Shown here in pieces: positions 23,805 to 36,439 of a stretch of 48,975 bases of DNA. A program made the position numbers and the translations under genes. The notes beneath the pieces were generated by a model. That model was given only the letters and a program-made list of their open reading frames with translations, ran no database searches and was not told the origin of the DNA. The first letter of the stretch is position 1. Each line of letters opens with the position of its first letter. The stretch comes from Chiloscyllium plagiosum (Eukaryota), in the NCBI RefSeq assembly GCF_004010195.1, contig NC_057752.1, positions 13,020,352-13,069,326 on the forward strand, in the 5' to 3' direction.

Positions 23805-24100
23805 CAATGTGGGCATCATTGGTAAGGCTCGTATTGCTGCCAATCCCTAATTGCCCTTGAATAGACTGGCTGTTTTGGCCATTTCAGACAGTGGTTAACA
23901 GTCAACCACATTGCTGTGGGGCTGGGGTCACATGTAGACAGATTTCCTTCCCTCAGTTATAGTTGTCACAGTCACCATAAAGTTTAGTTTTCCATTCCAC
24001 ATGTATGAATTGAATTTAAATTCCACCAGAGGTTTGAGCCTGTGTCCCCAGAACATTTGGATTATTAGTCTAGTCACATTAGTGCCATGTCACCATCTCT
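23805..24100 (-). mobile_element. Family D SINE, decayed
   Basis: Co-linear with 1672-2007 and 48535-48730. Confidence 0.7.
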
Positions 24101-24124
24101 CCTGTAACCATATCTGATAAGGTA

Positions 24125-24330
24125 AAGGTAGAGTTTCCATACTGTTAACAGACTGAAGGGTTGCTCTCTCCTTAGACAATGAAGACTGGTGGTGTTTTAA
24201 CCTGAGGATCACCATGCCTCAGACAAGGGGAAAGGTTGAGAAGGAGAATTCTTAGTGGTGACCTTAGCCAGTGTTGGAATTGAACCAACGATGTTGGCAT
24301 CACACAGCATTACAAGCGAGCCATCAAGGT
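24125..24330 (-). mobile_element. tRNA-derived SINE of another family
   Basis: The minus-strand head is GATGGCTCGCTTGTAATGC..GATGCCAAC..GGTTCAATTCC, which includes a B-box. Confidence 0.6.
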
Positions 24331-24817
24331 AATTGACCCCCACGCCATAGTGATAGAATGGCTGGCTCTCAAGTATTATAAAAGGTTATACTGGCCCAGG
24401 TTTTCCAGTCAATTGCAATGGCATTGCTTATTATGACCGTACCTGGTTTATAGAATGCTGTACCATGAACCAATGTTGAAAGGATCAGTGAAGCCTGTTG
24501 TACCTTGATTTGAGAGAGTTTCACCTTTAAGGTGCCATGTGTATAGTGTTGTGACCCTGCTTGGCAGTTTATCTGCTTTGGACTTGGAACCTGCTCCCAT
24601 AGAACTCAGTTGGTTTGCTGTAATGTCTGCTTCATAACTTATTCTGTTTCACTGTTTTAAGTACTCTAACCCTAATTAATCCCTGATGAACGATAATTAG
24701 ACCATTATCATTAATGTGATAAGGCCTAGCATTTTTGAAATCAGAATGTTTGCAGACACCAATTATCCATTGATAAAGTCTGATGTCTCCTTTCTTAATT
24801 GCACATGCATCTCCACA

Positions 24818-25112
24818 CAAGAACATAAGAACTAGGAGAAGGAGTAGGCCATTCAACCCCTTGAGCCTGCTCTGCCATTTACCACAATCATCTTGGCCTC
24901 AACTCCACTTTCCTGTCTGCTCTCCATAACCCTTCAACCCATTACTAATTAAAGATCTGTCTCTCCTCCTTAAATTTACTCAATATCTCAGCATCCACCG
25001 CACTCTGGGGCAGTGAATTCCGCAGATTCACAGCCCTTTGAGAGAAGTAGTTTCTGTTTGAAATCTGCTACCCCTTATTGTAAAACTATCATCTCTTGTT
25101 CTAGATTGCCCC
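24818..25112 (-). mobile_element. CR1 3' end
   Basis: The tail AAGAACATAAGAACTAGGAG..GGAGTAGGCCATTCA and the upstream NLRNSLP region. Confidence 0.85.
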
Positions 25113-26044
25113 ATGCACAATAGATGGCCAATTTCCACAATTTTTTTAAAAACTTCTTTGTTTAACAACTTTTTTTTCATGTATGCACTTCAGCAATCAT
25201 TCTTTTTTTCATTTTTAAGGATTTGTTAACATTTTTTCATTCCTTATTTTCAATTTATTCCAGAACTTTTGCTGCTTCGACCCTCTTGGGTGTCAGCAAA
25301 CGCAGCCTTTTGAAATATTTAAATACTTTCAAACGTATTTATAAGCTTTGAAATCTATGGAACACTTCTAACTGCTTTTGGATGCTCTCCTTTAAAAATT
25401 GTTGCATGCTTGTAAAGACTTAAAACAAAATGTCTTTTACATCTTTGAAAACCTCCAACAAACTTTGGAATTCCACTTACTCCCCAAAGGGGAGTGCTTG
25501 GGAGAAACTGGGTTGATTTTTCCAAAAGGATCTGAGAATCCAGAGTGGAATGGAAAACTTGTAATAGGAAAATCTGTCTGGGAAAAGAGCAAAGTGTGCT
25601 CCCATAAAATAAATTTCAGACCCCCACCTCCCGCTTAGAAGCACATGAATCTCTGACTCCCTCTCAGCCTGCCCCATCTGGAATGACACGGAAACTGACC
25701 AGACTCATTCAGAAGAAACATCTTATCACGTACCCCCATTCCACAATATTCAAAACATGCAAAAGCTAGGATTTAGAATTCTTATTACATCACTAAATCC
25801 TTTCTGAAATGAGGACTGTGGAAAAGCACCAGTTCTTTGTCTATTTTTAATATCCTTTTGTCGAGTGCACAGTAAATAGTCATCTTTGCTTGTCAATTAC
25901 CCCTTCTACTGGCATCATTGCTTATAATTTAATAGTGCTGACAGATGTTTCGTGGTGAGTGTTTTCAGCTTCAAGCACACTTTTGAATTTCCCCTAAGAT
26001 CACTTTGTCCAAACTGGCAGCATCAAAAGCCCATTTATTTCAAA

Positions 26045-26860
26045 GATTATCAAGGCAAATGGTGTGTTGGCCTTCATTGCGAGAGGAGTTCGAGTTCAAA
26101 CATCAGGATGTCTTACTGCAGTTATACCTTGGCCTTGACCTGGAACATTGTGTGCAGTTTTGGTCTCCTTAAGTGAGGATACAGAGGGAATACAGCTGAG
26201 GTTCACTCTGCTGATCTGGGTATGGGAGGACTGTAGCATGACCAGAGATTGGTTTGACTGCACGTGTTCATTAGAGTTTAGAGGGATGAAAGGGGATCTG
26301 ATTGCAATGTATTAAATTCTAAGAGGGAGATTTTCCCTTCGTTCAGGAGTCACAGAGGGCACAGTCCCAGGATACAGAGTAGACCATTTAGGAATGAGTT
26401 GAGGAAACATTGCTTCACTCAAAGGATGGTTAACCTGTGGACTACTCTTCCACAGAAGGCTGTAGAGGCTGGGTCACTGAGTATGTTGAATTGAATTAGC
26501 GTTATTGTCACATACTGAAATGAGTACACTGCAAAGTTTACAGTCACCGCATTACAGCGCCATCTTGGATACAAAGTAACCTCGGTACAGATACATAAGA
26601 TCAAATTCTTAGGAAACAAAAAGAATTAGAAAAGTAAATAAATAAATAAATAAATAAATAGTTGAATTATAGGTTATTGGATTAAATTAGAAAAATAAAG
26701 ATGTGAAAATTCAAGATATTTTAGATTTTAAAGACATCAAGAGGTATGGTGAAAAAGCAGGAATATGATATCGAGATAGAGGATCAGCCATGATCCTATT
26801 GAATGGCAGAACAGACTTGAAGGGCCAAATGGCTCCTGTTTTTTATATTTGTATTTTATG
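26045..26860 (+). mobile_element. Old CR1 3' end with an antisense insert (~26487-26710) containing (TAAA)n
   Basis: Decayed LEHCVQFWSP and VNLWTTLPQKAVEA peptides, plus the CR1 tail. The insert ends in (TTCAA)2 on the minus strand. Confidence 0.75.
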
Positions 26861-27304
26861 TCCACTCCCTTCTATGCGCTCTATGCCATCAAGCAAAGAA
26901 TGAGATTGCAATCTCAAAGTCTATGGCTTTTTTTTTGTCTTGATCAGGACTTGGTGTCTCAGAAGATCAGATTTTACAAAATGATGCAGAGGAGAAGGCA
27001 GGCTGAGCTGTAATGAGTCTCAAGGCAACCATTTTCAACGGAGATACTGAAGTTTATTTGGAAAGGAGCTCCCTGATTGGTGTGCCTTATTCAGTGTTAA
27101 TGAGCTTGATGAGTTGAAATGTTTTAATGTGGACATCTGAGGCTACCAAATGATAATCTTGCAGTCAGTACTTTTGGAAAGTGAAAATGCTTTGGATTGA
27201 ATTTGTTCCATTTAGATTCAGTTTGCAACATGTTTGAAACCTCGCTATTTAAGTAGTGATTCATTTTGTTGCATGTTATAAAGAGCGTTTATAATAAATA
27301 TGAT

Positions 27305-28182
27305 TTTTTTAATGTTCTATCATGGGATGTGGGCATTGCTGGCTGGGCCAGCATTTATTACCCCGTCCCTAGTTGCCCCCTTGAGAAGGTGGGAGTGAGC
27401 TGCCATCTTGAACCGCTGCAGTCCATGTGCTGTGTGTTGACCCACAATGCCCTGAGGGAGGGAATTTCAGGATTTTGATCCAGCAACACTGAAGGAACGG
27501 CGATGTATTTCCAAGTCAGGATGGTGAGGGGCTTGGAGGGGAACTTGCAGGGGGTGGTGTTCCCACGTATCTGCTTCCCTTGTCCTTCTAGATGGAAGTG
27601 GTCGTGGGTTTGGAAGGTGCTGTCTGAGGATCTTTGGTGAATTCCTGCAGTGCATCTTGTAGATGGTACACACTGCTGCTACTGAGCGTCGGTGGGGGGA
27701 GGGAGTGGATGCTTGTGGATGTGGGGCCAATCAAGTGGATTGCTTTTTCCTGGATGGTGTCGAGCTTCTTGAGTGTTGTTGGAGCTGCTCCTATCCAGGC
27801 AAGTGGGGAGTATTCCATCACACTCCTGACTTGTGTCTTGTAGATGGTGGGGCAGGCTTTGGGGAGTCAGGAGGGGAGTTTTTTACCACAGTATTCCTAA
27901 CCTCTGAATTGCTGTTGTAGTGACTGTGTTTATGTGGCAAGTGTAGTTAAGTTTCTGATCAATGATAACCCCCAGGATGTTAATAGTGGGGGATTCAGTG
28001 ATGGTAATGCCATTGAATGGCGGGGTGGGGGAGCAACAGTTAGATTCTGTCTTATTGGAGATAGCCGTTGCCTGGCACGTGTGTGGCTTGTCACTTTTGA
28101 GCTCAAACATGGCCATTGTTGAGGTCTTGCAGCTTTTGGACAGTGACTGCTTCAGTATGTGAGGAGTCAGGATGGTGCTCTA
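27305..28182 (-). mobile_element. LINE family B 3' end (longest copy)
   Basis: Peptides ESPTINILGVIIDQKLNYTCHI, MEYSPLAWIGAAPTTLKKLDTIQEKA and HRRSVAAVCTIYKMHC. Confidence 0.88.
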
Positions 28183-28385
28183 CTGAAATTAGGTCCAATT
28201 AGACCATCACATTTGTGCCTTTCTAATGATGGATGCGGTCCTATGGCTGCCAGTATAAGCCTGAAATGAAAATGAGTGAAACTCACCTCCAACCTCCACT
28301 CCCTCAACCACCAAAGTTCAGTCACAGCAGTGTGTACCACCTACATGCTCAACTGCACATTTAGGTTCACAGAAACAGTTCTTGT

Positions 28386-28778
28386 GGGCGGCACGGTGGC
28401 ACAGTGGTTAGCACTGCTGCCTCACAGCGCCAGAGACCCGGGTTCAATTCCCGCCTCAGGCGACTGACTGTGTGGAGTTTGCACGTTCTCCCCGTGTCTG
28501 CGTGGGTTTCCTCCGGGTGCTCCGGTTTCCTCCCACAGTCCAAAGATGTGCAGGTCAGGTGAATTGGCCATGCTAAAGTTGCCCGTAGTGTTAGGTAAGG
28601 GGTAAATGTAGGGGTATGGGTGGGTTGCCCGTAGTGTTAGGTAAGGGGTAAATGTAGGGGTATGGGTGGGTTGCGCTTCGGCGGGGCGGTGTGGACTTGT
28701 TGGGCCGAAGGGCCTGTTTCCACACTGTAAGTAATCTAATCAAATCTAATCTAATCAAAGTAATCTAATCTAATCAAA
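28386..28778 (+). mobile_element. Young HE1-type SINE with a 46-bp tandem duplication
   Basis: A-box TGGCACAGTGG at 28397-28407 and B-box GGTTCAATTCC at 28441-28451, with CpGs retained. 28578-28623 is identical to 28624-28669. The tail is (TAATC)n. Confidence 0.95.
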
Positions 28779-28779
28779 A

Positions 28780-29474
28780 CACTGACCAGGTTCCTGCTAT
28801 TAACAAGACTATCGTTTATTCCAAAATTAAGCTCTAGCTACTGGTAAACAAAACAATGAACCACCGACATATACTTTGCTCCTTGGAACTCTAAAACCTT
28901 TTTAAAATCCCTACATAGACAGACAATACACAAGATTGGTGTTACCAGTGGGGAAACACAGTTCAATAACACCAGTTCACAGGCTTCAATGAGATATTCC
29001 TTTATCTTCCCAAGACCATCTGTTTATTGATCCTCTTTCTCCACATTCTCAGTTCTTTACTGAGAATCCAGGGACTACACATTACTTGTTCAGTTTCATA
29101 GTCACTACTTAGTGGCAACAACCTCTAACAAAGTGCTGGAAAAAGAGAACTGACTGTCTCTAGACTCGAGTTACTCTGCTGCAGAGATACAGAGATAGAC
29201 CCTGCTGCTTCCAGTCTGGAGACCTTCTGCCTCTGTATTGTTCACTTACATCAACTGCTCAGGATCCAATAGAAGAGTTATCTTCAGGCTTATCTCTCCT
29301 CTTCCACTGCCTGAAAAGCAGCCATGTAAACACAACTGACAATGAGTCCCAGTCACTAGTTTTTAAAAGCGCAACAATTCTTTTCTGAGTTTTTTTTTTA
29401 AATCAATCCTTTTCCCATTTTATTCCACAATCAAAACTACAGAAAAACCAGACATTGAAGTCTTTACAGTAACA
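28780..29474 (-). mobile_element. Possible solo LTR (left boundary unresolved)
   Basis: The minus strand begins TGTTAC and has AATAAA near the far end. The layout resembles 30375-31030 and ~18895-19460. No TSD was confirmed. Confidence 0.35.
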
Positions 29475-30374
29475 GAGTCCCTGACCTGACAGAAACAGAG
29501 CAAGGACTTTGAACACACTTGAGAGATGAGTCCCTAACCCACCTTTTGGCCTGGTGTCAGCCATTATGCATATGTTGGGTACTCCTTGTGCCAGAATTGG
29601 TGCTGCTGGTTTGCCCACGAGGCTGGGCAACAAAGTATGGATGGCACAAGGTGGTTTGCCCCAGTTTTGGAAAATACCCTTCTGCCGTAGCATGCCGTTT
29701 TCCATTCCTCACACTAGTCATCCTGTAGCCGGTGTAACTAGGCTGCTAAATTGGTGCCACATTGTGGTTAATTTTGTGCTCAGGACCTATAGCTACTGGA
29801 AACTCGATTCATACTGCCTAGCCTCTCACAATGGCCCTGTACATTTGTAATCTGGTCCACAAGCTGGACTGTGGCCCACCAGGAATTGTATCGCAATCTA
29901 AAAACACCCTTGTGCCGTCTTCACCATTACATATAGCACTTTCTGGATGGCAGTATCTTGCAGTGCCTAATACAACCAGGGCAGCGGAGGCAGGATGGGT
30001 GAGAAATCCAGTGGATGGCATCAACTTACCAGCCTGGCCTCTTCTTCAATGTCAGACATTCACAAGATGGGTGAAACGCCAACCCATCACTCACTGTCCT
30101 CACTTCTAGTTGACATCCTGCCGTTGTTGGGTTCTACCCCGTTTGCCAGTCCCTGCCATTCATTGCCCACTGGACCTCCATCCCAGGGATGTCACTGACG
30201 AATTCTGATAGGAATGTTTGCGGCCAGCAGTTCATCAGTCATGGCTAGGTTCACCTGTATCCCAGAGAGTCATTGTACCAGTCAGTCTGAGAATAAGCAC
30301 TGGTGTTAATCTGATGGTTTCATAAATCCTAACCAGAACAGACTTGAATGGGTAATTTCCCCATCAGTCACGCA

Positions 30375-31030
30375 TGTTATAGACCAGACCAAACTCCTTC
30401 AAAATATATCAAGGAGATAGCCTAGATTTGAACTTTTTATTGTGTTTAAAAGCAAGTGTAAGCTGTGTTCTAGATGTGGTTTACTTGGTCCACCAAGAGG
30501 CTTTAAGCAAACTATACTTTATTCTTACACCACAGTTAAAATACAAACAAAAAAGGAAGAATTGGCGTAATGTTAATTCTATCAAAATACTTCACAAAAT
30601 AATGTGTTATTTAGCTACAAATCATCAACTGTTCCAAAATGCATAAACACACCCTTGGAAAAGGCAAATTCAGCAAAACAGATTTTCCTCACATGCTATC
30701 TCCTCCAGTCCAGGAGAAGGAACCAACAGAATGAATCCAGCTAGAGAGAGAACTCGAGCTATTAGCTGCAGCAGGGAGAGAGAGGCAGAGCGCTATATCT
30801 ATCTGCTTCAACAGCCAACTGCAAATCCCGAATGAAAGCAAAACTGAAACCCTGGCTCTGTGGGAGCTTGACTCCACCTACTTTGGTCTAATTTAAAACA
30901 AACACTCGAGGCGCTCAAAGTTATTTCCCCACTGCTTTTGAAACAGATAATCCGGTAACACTGTGGCAACCCCTGTTTGCAAGAAGGGCAGCACAGAACA
31001 CATCTCCCTTAAAGACACAGTACCGTCACA
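30375..31030 (-). mobile_element. Probable solo LTR (656 bp)
   Basis: Termini TGTTA...TCACA (TG...CA), flanks CGCA/CACA (a 4-bp TSD with one CpG-type mismatch), AATAAA on the minus strand, and no coding content. Confidence 0.6.
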
Positions 31031-31444
31031 CACACAACATGAAGTGACTGGGATTGAGTTTACGCACTTCATTTGTATTTTGTAACTATCCTTCAATAAC
31101 TGCATTTTGCTGAAGAAATAATCCTGCTTTTATCAGGAGGTGTTACTGTAGTTTAGCAAGACAGGTTATGTTTGCTGAATGAGCAGACTGCTCTCTGCTG
31201 GGCAAAAATCAAACAGTTTGTGCTAGTTTCTGGTAATGTACCTTGTGGTGCCCAATACAACCGGGCTATTAGCTGCCGACTGTTTGTAGCAAGACCCACT
31301 AAAGGTCCTCCAACCTATAAGATGATGCAGTGATGTCAATGATATAATGTGTGAAGGCACTGAGTGGCTCCAAATCAGGATCATGGTAGACTCTGGTTGT
31401 GTACCAAATGTAATTTAAATAGAATCACTCAGACCCTGAATAAT

Positions 31445-31722
31445 TGTGGTACAATGTGGAAGCAGGCCATTCAGTTCATCCCAACCCTCCAAAGAGCATC
31501 CCAACCAGACCCACCCACTACTCTATCCCTGTAACACTGCATTTCCCGCGGCCAATTCACCTAACCTGCGATTCTTTGGACTGTGGGAGGAAACTAGAGC
31601 AAACCCATGCAGACACAGGAGGAATATGCAAACTCCACACAGACAGTTGCCCAAGGCTGGAATCAAACTGTGGTCCCTAGTGCTGTGAGGCAGCAGTGCT
31701 AACCACTGAGCCACCATTCCAT
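31445..31722 (-). mobile_element. HE1-type SINE
   Basis: Co-linear with the other HE1 copies. Confidence 0.88.
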
Positions 31723-32828
31723 CCAATGAGCTATTGATCAAATCTCATCAGATTCTGAAGGGGCCAGGGAAAATGCTGAGAGGTTTCCCCTCATGGGAGT
31801 GTTTCGGACCAGAGGGTATAGTCTCAGAATAAAGGGGTGTTATTTTAAGACTGAGATGAGGAGGAATTCCTTCTCTGAGAGGGGTGAGTGTATTTGGAAC
31901 TCTTTGCCACACAAAGCTGTGGGGGCAAAGTCCTTGTGTATAGTTAAGGCTGAGAGTCACAGAGTCATAGAGATGTACAGCACAGAAACAGACCCTTCGG
32001 TCCAACTCATCCATGCTGACCAGATATCCTGAATTAAATTAGTCCCGGTTGTCAGCATTTGGTCCATATCCCTCAAAACCTTTCCTATTCATATACCCAT
32101 CCAGATGTCTTTTAAAAGTTGTAATTGTATCAGCCTCCACCACTTCCTCTGGCAGCTCATTCCATACACGCACGACCCTCTGTGTGAAAAAGTTGCCCTT
32201 TTAAATCTTCCCTCTCTCACCCTAAACCTCTAGTTCTGGATTCCCCCACCCCAGAGAAATGACCTTGTCTATTTACCCTTCATCCCTCAGCCTCCAATGC
32301 TCCAGGGAAAACAACCCCAGCCTATTCAAGCTTTCCTTATAGCTCAAATCCTCCAACCCTGGCAACATACTTGTAAATCTTGTCTGAACCCTTTCAAGTT
32401 TCACAACATCCTTCCTATAGCAGGGAGACCAGAATTGAACACGGTATTCCAAAAGTGGCTGAATCAATGTCCTGCACAGCCACAACATGACCACCCAACT
32501 CCTTTACTCAATGCACTGACCAATAAAGGAAAGCGTACAAATGCCCTTCTTCACTATCCTATCTACCTGTGACTGTACTTTCAAGGAGCTATGAACCTGC
32601 ACTCCAAGGTCTCTTTGTTCAGCAACACTCCCATTATACACTTACCATTAAGTGTATAAATCCTGCTAAGATTTGCCTTTCCAAACACTCCATCTGCCAC
32701 TTCTTGGCCCATTTGCCCATCTGATAAAAATCCCGTTGTACTCTTGAGATAACTTTCTTTGCTGTCCACTACACCTCCAATTTTGGTGTCATGTACAAAC
32801 TTACTAACCATACCTCCTATGTTCACAT

Positions 32829-32953
32829 AGAAGAAAGTGAGGACTGAAGATGCTGGAGATCAGAGTCAAGAATGTGGTGCTGGAAAAACACAGCAGGTCA
32901 GGCAGCATCCGAGGAGCAGGAGAATCGATGTTTCGGGCATAAGCCCTTCATCA
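32829..32953 (-). mobile_element. Penelope family B terminal fragment, hammerhead truncated at the core
   Basis: (A)TGATGA-A-GGGC-TTAT-GCCC-GAAA-CATC followed by the family B body. Confidence 0.75.
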
Positions 32954-33311
32954 TGCTCTCATTCCTGTGTAAACAGTGATGCAAAATATTAATTTAGTAT
33001 CCCACCGATCTCCTGCGGTTCCACATATAGGCTGCCTCGCTGGTCTTTAAGAGGCCCTAATCTCTCTCTGAGTTACTCTTTTGCCCTTAATGTACTTATA
33101 GAGTCTCTTTGTTTTTTTCCTTCACCCTATTTTTGCCCTCCTGATTTTCTCTTAAGTATACTCCTACTGCCTTTATACCTTTCTAGAGATCCCTGCTGTC
33201 TATACTTGACATATGCTTCCTTCTTTTTCTTGACCAGAGCCTCAATTTCTCTAGTCATCCAGTATCCCCTACACCTACTAGCCTTGCCTTTCACCCTAAC
33301 AGGAACATACA

Positions 33312-33640
33312 GGATGGCATGGTGGCTCAGTGGCGAGCACTGCTGCCTCACAGCGCCAGGAACCTGGGTTCGATTTCAGCCCCAGGTGACTGTCTGTGTG
33401 AAGTTTGCATGTTCTCCCTGTGTCTGCGTGGGTTTCCTCCCACAATCGAAAGATGCGCAGGATCAGTGAATTGGTCATGCTAAATTGCCCATAGTGGTCA
33501 GGAATGTGTGGGTTAGGTGCATTAGTCAGGGGTAAGTGTAGAGTGGTAAGGGAATGGGTCTGGGTGGGTTATTCTTCGGAGGGTCAGTGTGGACTTGTTG
33601 GGCCAAATGGCCTGTTTGCACACTATAGGGATTCTATGAA
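33312..33640 (+). mobile_element. HE1-type SINE nested in CR1
   Basis: Head TGGCTCAGTGG..GGTTCGATT, V-domain and tail GGGATTCTATGA. Confidence 0.88.
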
Positions 33641-34036
33641 ATACTGTCTCTGGATTCTTGTTATCTCATTTCTGAAAGAGAGGGAGATTCTTGATCAGTC
33701 GAGAATCATGGGGTTAAGGGGAAAATGTATGAAGTGAATGTCGGATCAGCCATGATCCTGTTGAATGGTGGAGCAGGCTCGAGGGGCCGCATGGCCCACT
33801 CCTGTTCCTATTTCTGATGGTAACCCTGTGGTTCCATTGTGGAGAGACACTGGTAGGAAGCATGTCATGGGATATCATGGCATGTTACCTGTGGTTTCCT
33901 GTGTACTGAATGTAACAGATGGAAGGGTGTGCTGCTATGAATTGGGTGCACTGGGATGTCGGGACCCTGAAATCAGACCTCTCTGGCTCCAAATGAACGG
34001 ATTCAGGTTGTCATTGTTTCCTTTCACTTTTGACAG

Positions 34037-34165
34037 AAAGGCTGGAAGGATGGATCACTGAGCCGCAGATTATCCCGAGATGAACAAACACCAGCTGTGA
34101 TTCCGGAGTCACCGACAGCGCTTACTGACATCCCAAAGAAGGAGATGGAAGAACAGGATGCTGCA
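34037..34165 (+). CDS. ARHGEF25: Next internal coding exon of the same RhoGEF gene (probable ARHGEF25 exon 3)
   Basis: Acceptor TTTCCTTTCACTTTTGACAG and donor GCA|GTAGGT; 129 nt, phase 0 to 0, compatible with the previous exon. The open frame is KGWKDGSLSRRLSRDEQTPAVIPESPTALTDIPKKEMEEQDAA. The KGW start and Pro/acidic content recall the equivalent Kalirin segment (KKGWGEDE..TPLPPP). Confidence 0.68.
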
Positions 34166-34319
34166 GTAGGTCTTCGATGTAATCTTCATCTCCTTTTCTT
34201 GGTCATTAGAGTGGCCCACATCATGCAGTCCTGGGACAATCAGCTTCAAATACGGCAACAAACAATAGATTGTTCTTACAGGGTTAAAAGTAAAGAAGGT
34301 GCACAGATTTTCAATATAT

Positions 34320-35170
34320 AAACATGTGAGTTAGGTACAGGAGTAGACCACCCAGTCTCTTCAGCTGGCTGTGCCATTTATTAAGATGATGGCTGATCCA
34401 TTCAACCCCAGTTTCCCAGCTGCCCCTCCCGATAAAGTTTGATTACTCAAGAATGTTTCTACCTCTGCTTTAAAAATGAATGTGCTGGGCTGCACTGGCC
34501 TGGGGATGAGAATTCCACAGACTCATAACCCTCTGAGAGGAAAGAATTGTCCATCTTAAATGGGAGACTCCTCATTTTTAAGTTACTTTAGTCTCTTCTA
34601 CAAGATGACACATCCTTTCAGCTTCCCACTTGTCAAGATCATAGAATCCCTACAGGCCATTCGGCCCATCAAGTCCACAGTGATCCGCTGAAGAGCATCC
34701 CACCCAGACCCACCCCACAACCCTGCATTTCCAATGGATAACCCACCCAGCCTGTACATCCCTGGACACTAGGGGCAGTTAAGCATGGCCAATCCATCTA
34801 ACCTGCACATGTGGGAGGAAACTGGAACACCCAGAGGAAGCCCACGCAGACACAGGGCGAATGTGCAAACTCCACATAGATAGTTGCCCAAGGTTGGAAT
34901 TGAACCCAGCTCACTGTAAGGCAGCAGTGCTAGCCACTGTGCCACCCCAATCAAATCTGTTTCACTCAGATCACCTCTCATTCTTTTAAACTTCAATAAA
35001 TACAGGCCCAGCCCATCCAACCTTTCCTCATAAGACAATCCCTTCATCCCAGGTATCAGTTGCTTCTCACGCTGTCTTAAGTAAAGAGATTGAAACTGTA
35101 CACAGTCCTCCAGCTGTGGTCCCACTAATATCCAATATCGCAAATCTTTCCCCTTGTAATAAATGACAAC
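34320..35170 (-). mobile_element. Old CR1 3' end with a nested HE1 SINE (34638-34948, minus)
   Basis: The chimeric ORF 34769-35143 joins CR1 (LIPGMKGLSYEERLDGLGLY..MRGDL) to the HE1 head. Confidence 0.82.
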
Positions 35171-36439
35171 ATTTCATTTACCATCATAAACACAATGGGC
35201 AAAATGTTTTGTGGGAAGATCTATCTAATAAGGTGTACCAGAAACAAAAATACTCCTGAAAATATTAATACTTATTTTGTTCAGACAAATTACTTACCAG
35301 TGGGGTAAACATTTGAGGAGGTTCAGTTGGTACTTTATGAAATATTGACACCACTGCACATAAAGTTGGCCACCATTATTTGTAAAGGACTTCAGAAAAG
35401 CCAAACAAAACTCTGAAAACAATCAATAATGCTGAGTAGCTAAAGTCTTTCTGTGTGGCCAAAAACAACATGACTTATGGAGAGCTATGATGTTAGTTTG
35501 ATAAAGGTGTGAAGAGACATAGTCCATGTTTTATAAGGAGAGTGAAGGGACCTCATCCACAAGTGTTGTTATTCCATCATTACTGGTGAACACGTACACA
35601 AGCAGTTTGGCAACTTTCCTGTAGTCAAGATCAAGGGGAGTCAGAAGCAGTGGGGACAAGGAAACATGCAACAACACAATGAAACTAACCAAGAGAGCAC
35701 AACTAACCAAAAAACTGAAACCGAGTAAGAGATTGAAACTGACCAAGGGAGCATAATTGAGCTATTGTAACAGACTGAGCAATTACAACGGAGTAAGCAA
35801 GTGCAGTTGACCAGCAGGATGAAACTGACTAGAAACTCTTTAAGATAGTGAAGTGAAAGTGACAAAGGAATTAAGAATACTTTGTGAAGTGATTCAACTG
35901 ACTGAGGGAGCAAGAAACCTGATCTTGTTCAGTTGGTTAACATCCCCTTTTCCCAGAACAAAACTCAACCCAGTACAAATTTCACAGCAGTAATATTCTT
36001 AATAAGTTCATATTCATTTCCAACTATGATACATATCCATTAATAATCTCTGAATGGGATTGTTTTTAGAAAAGATTTAAACTTCCATTTGTAATCAGAG
36101 GTTTATATGTAGATATTTACAGCACAGCAATAAATTAATTGCTCCCACTGGTCCAGACAGACTTCCTCCCACCCCATCTCACCCTATCACCATTCCTTCT
36201 TTCCCCCATGTATTTATCTTACATACCTCTGTTAGTCATCTCAACTGGCCCACATTCATGTTGATCTTGAATTATTTTAATTACTGCCTATATATTCAAA
36301 TCATGAGTAACTGTCAACAGCTTTGAAGTCACGGGCCCCCTTCTGGTGCAGGGGTAGTGTTCCTACCCCCCCAGACCAGAGGGCCTGGGTTCAAGTCCTA
36401 CCTGTTCCAGAGGTGAATAATAACATCTCTGAGAAGGTT

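Larger units (their letters stand above)
31955..33676 (-). mobile_element. CR1/HER1-like LINE with internal deletions, nested in the host CR1
   Basis: The tail lies at ~31955. Peptides LIQPLLEYRVQFWSP, SKFVHDTKIGGVVDS (FADD region) and WMTREIEALVKKKKEAY. Confidence 0.88.
31745..33817 (+). mobile_element. Host CR1 3' end split by nested insertions (own sequence ~31745-31955 and ~33677-33817)
   Basis: RTRGYSLRIKG..MRRNSFS..IWNSLPHKAV..KAE stops at ~31955. The sequence resumes at ~33677 with AGATTCTTGATCAG and the CR1 tail. Confidence 0.75.

Noticed and set aside
28386..28460. tRNA-like sequence with A and B boxes (also in other SINE heads)
   Set aside because: It continues into the SINE V-domain and tail, so it is a SINE head and not a tRNA gene.
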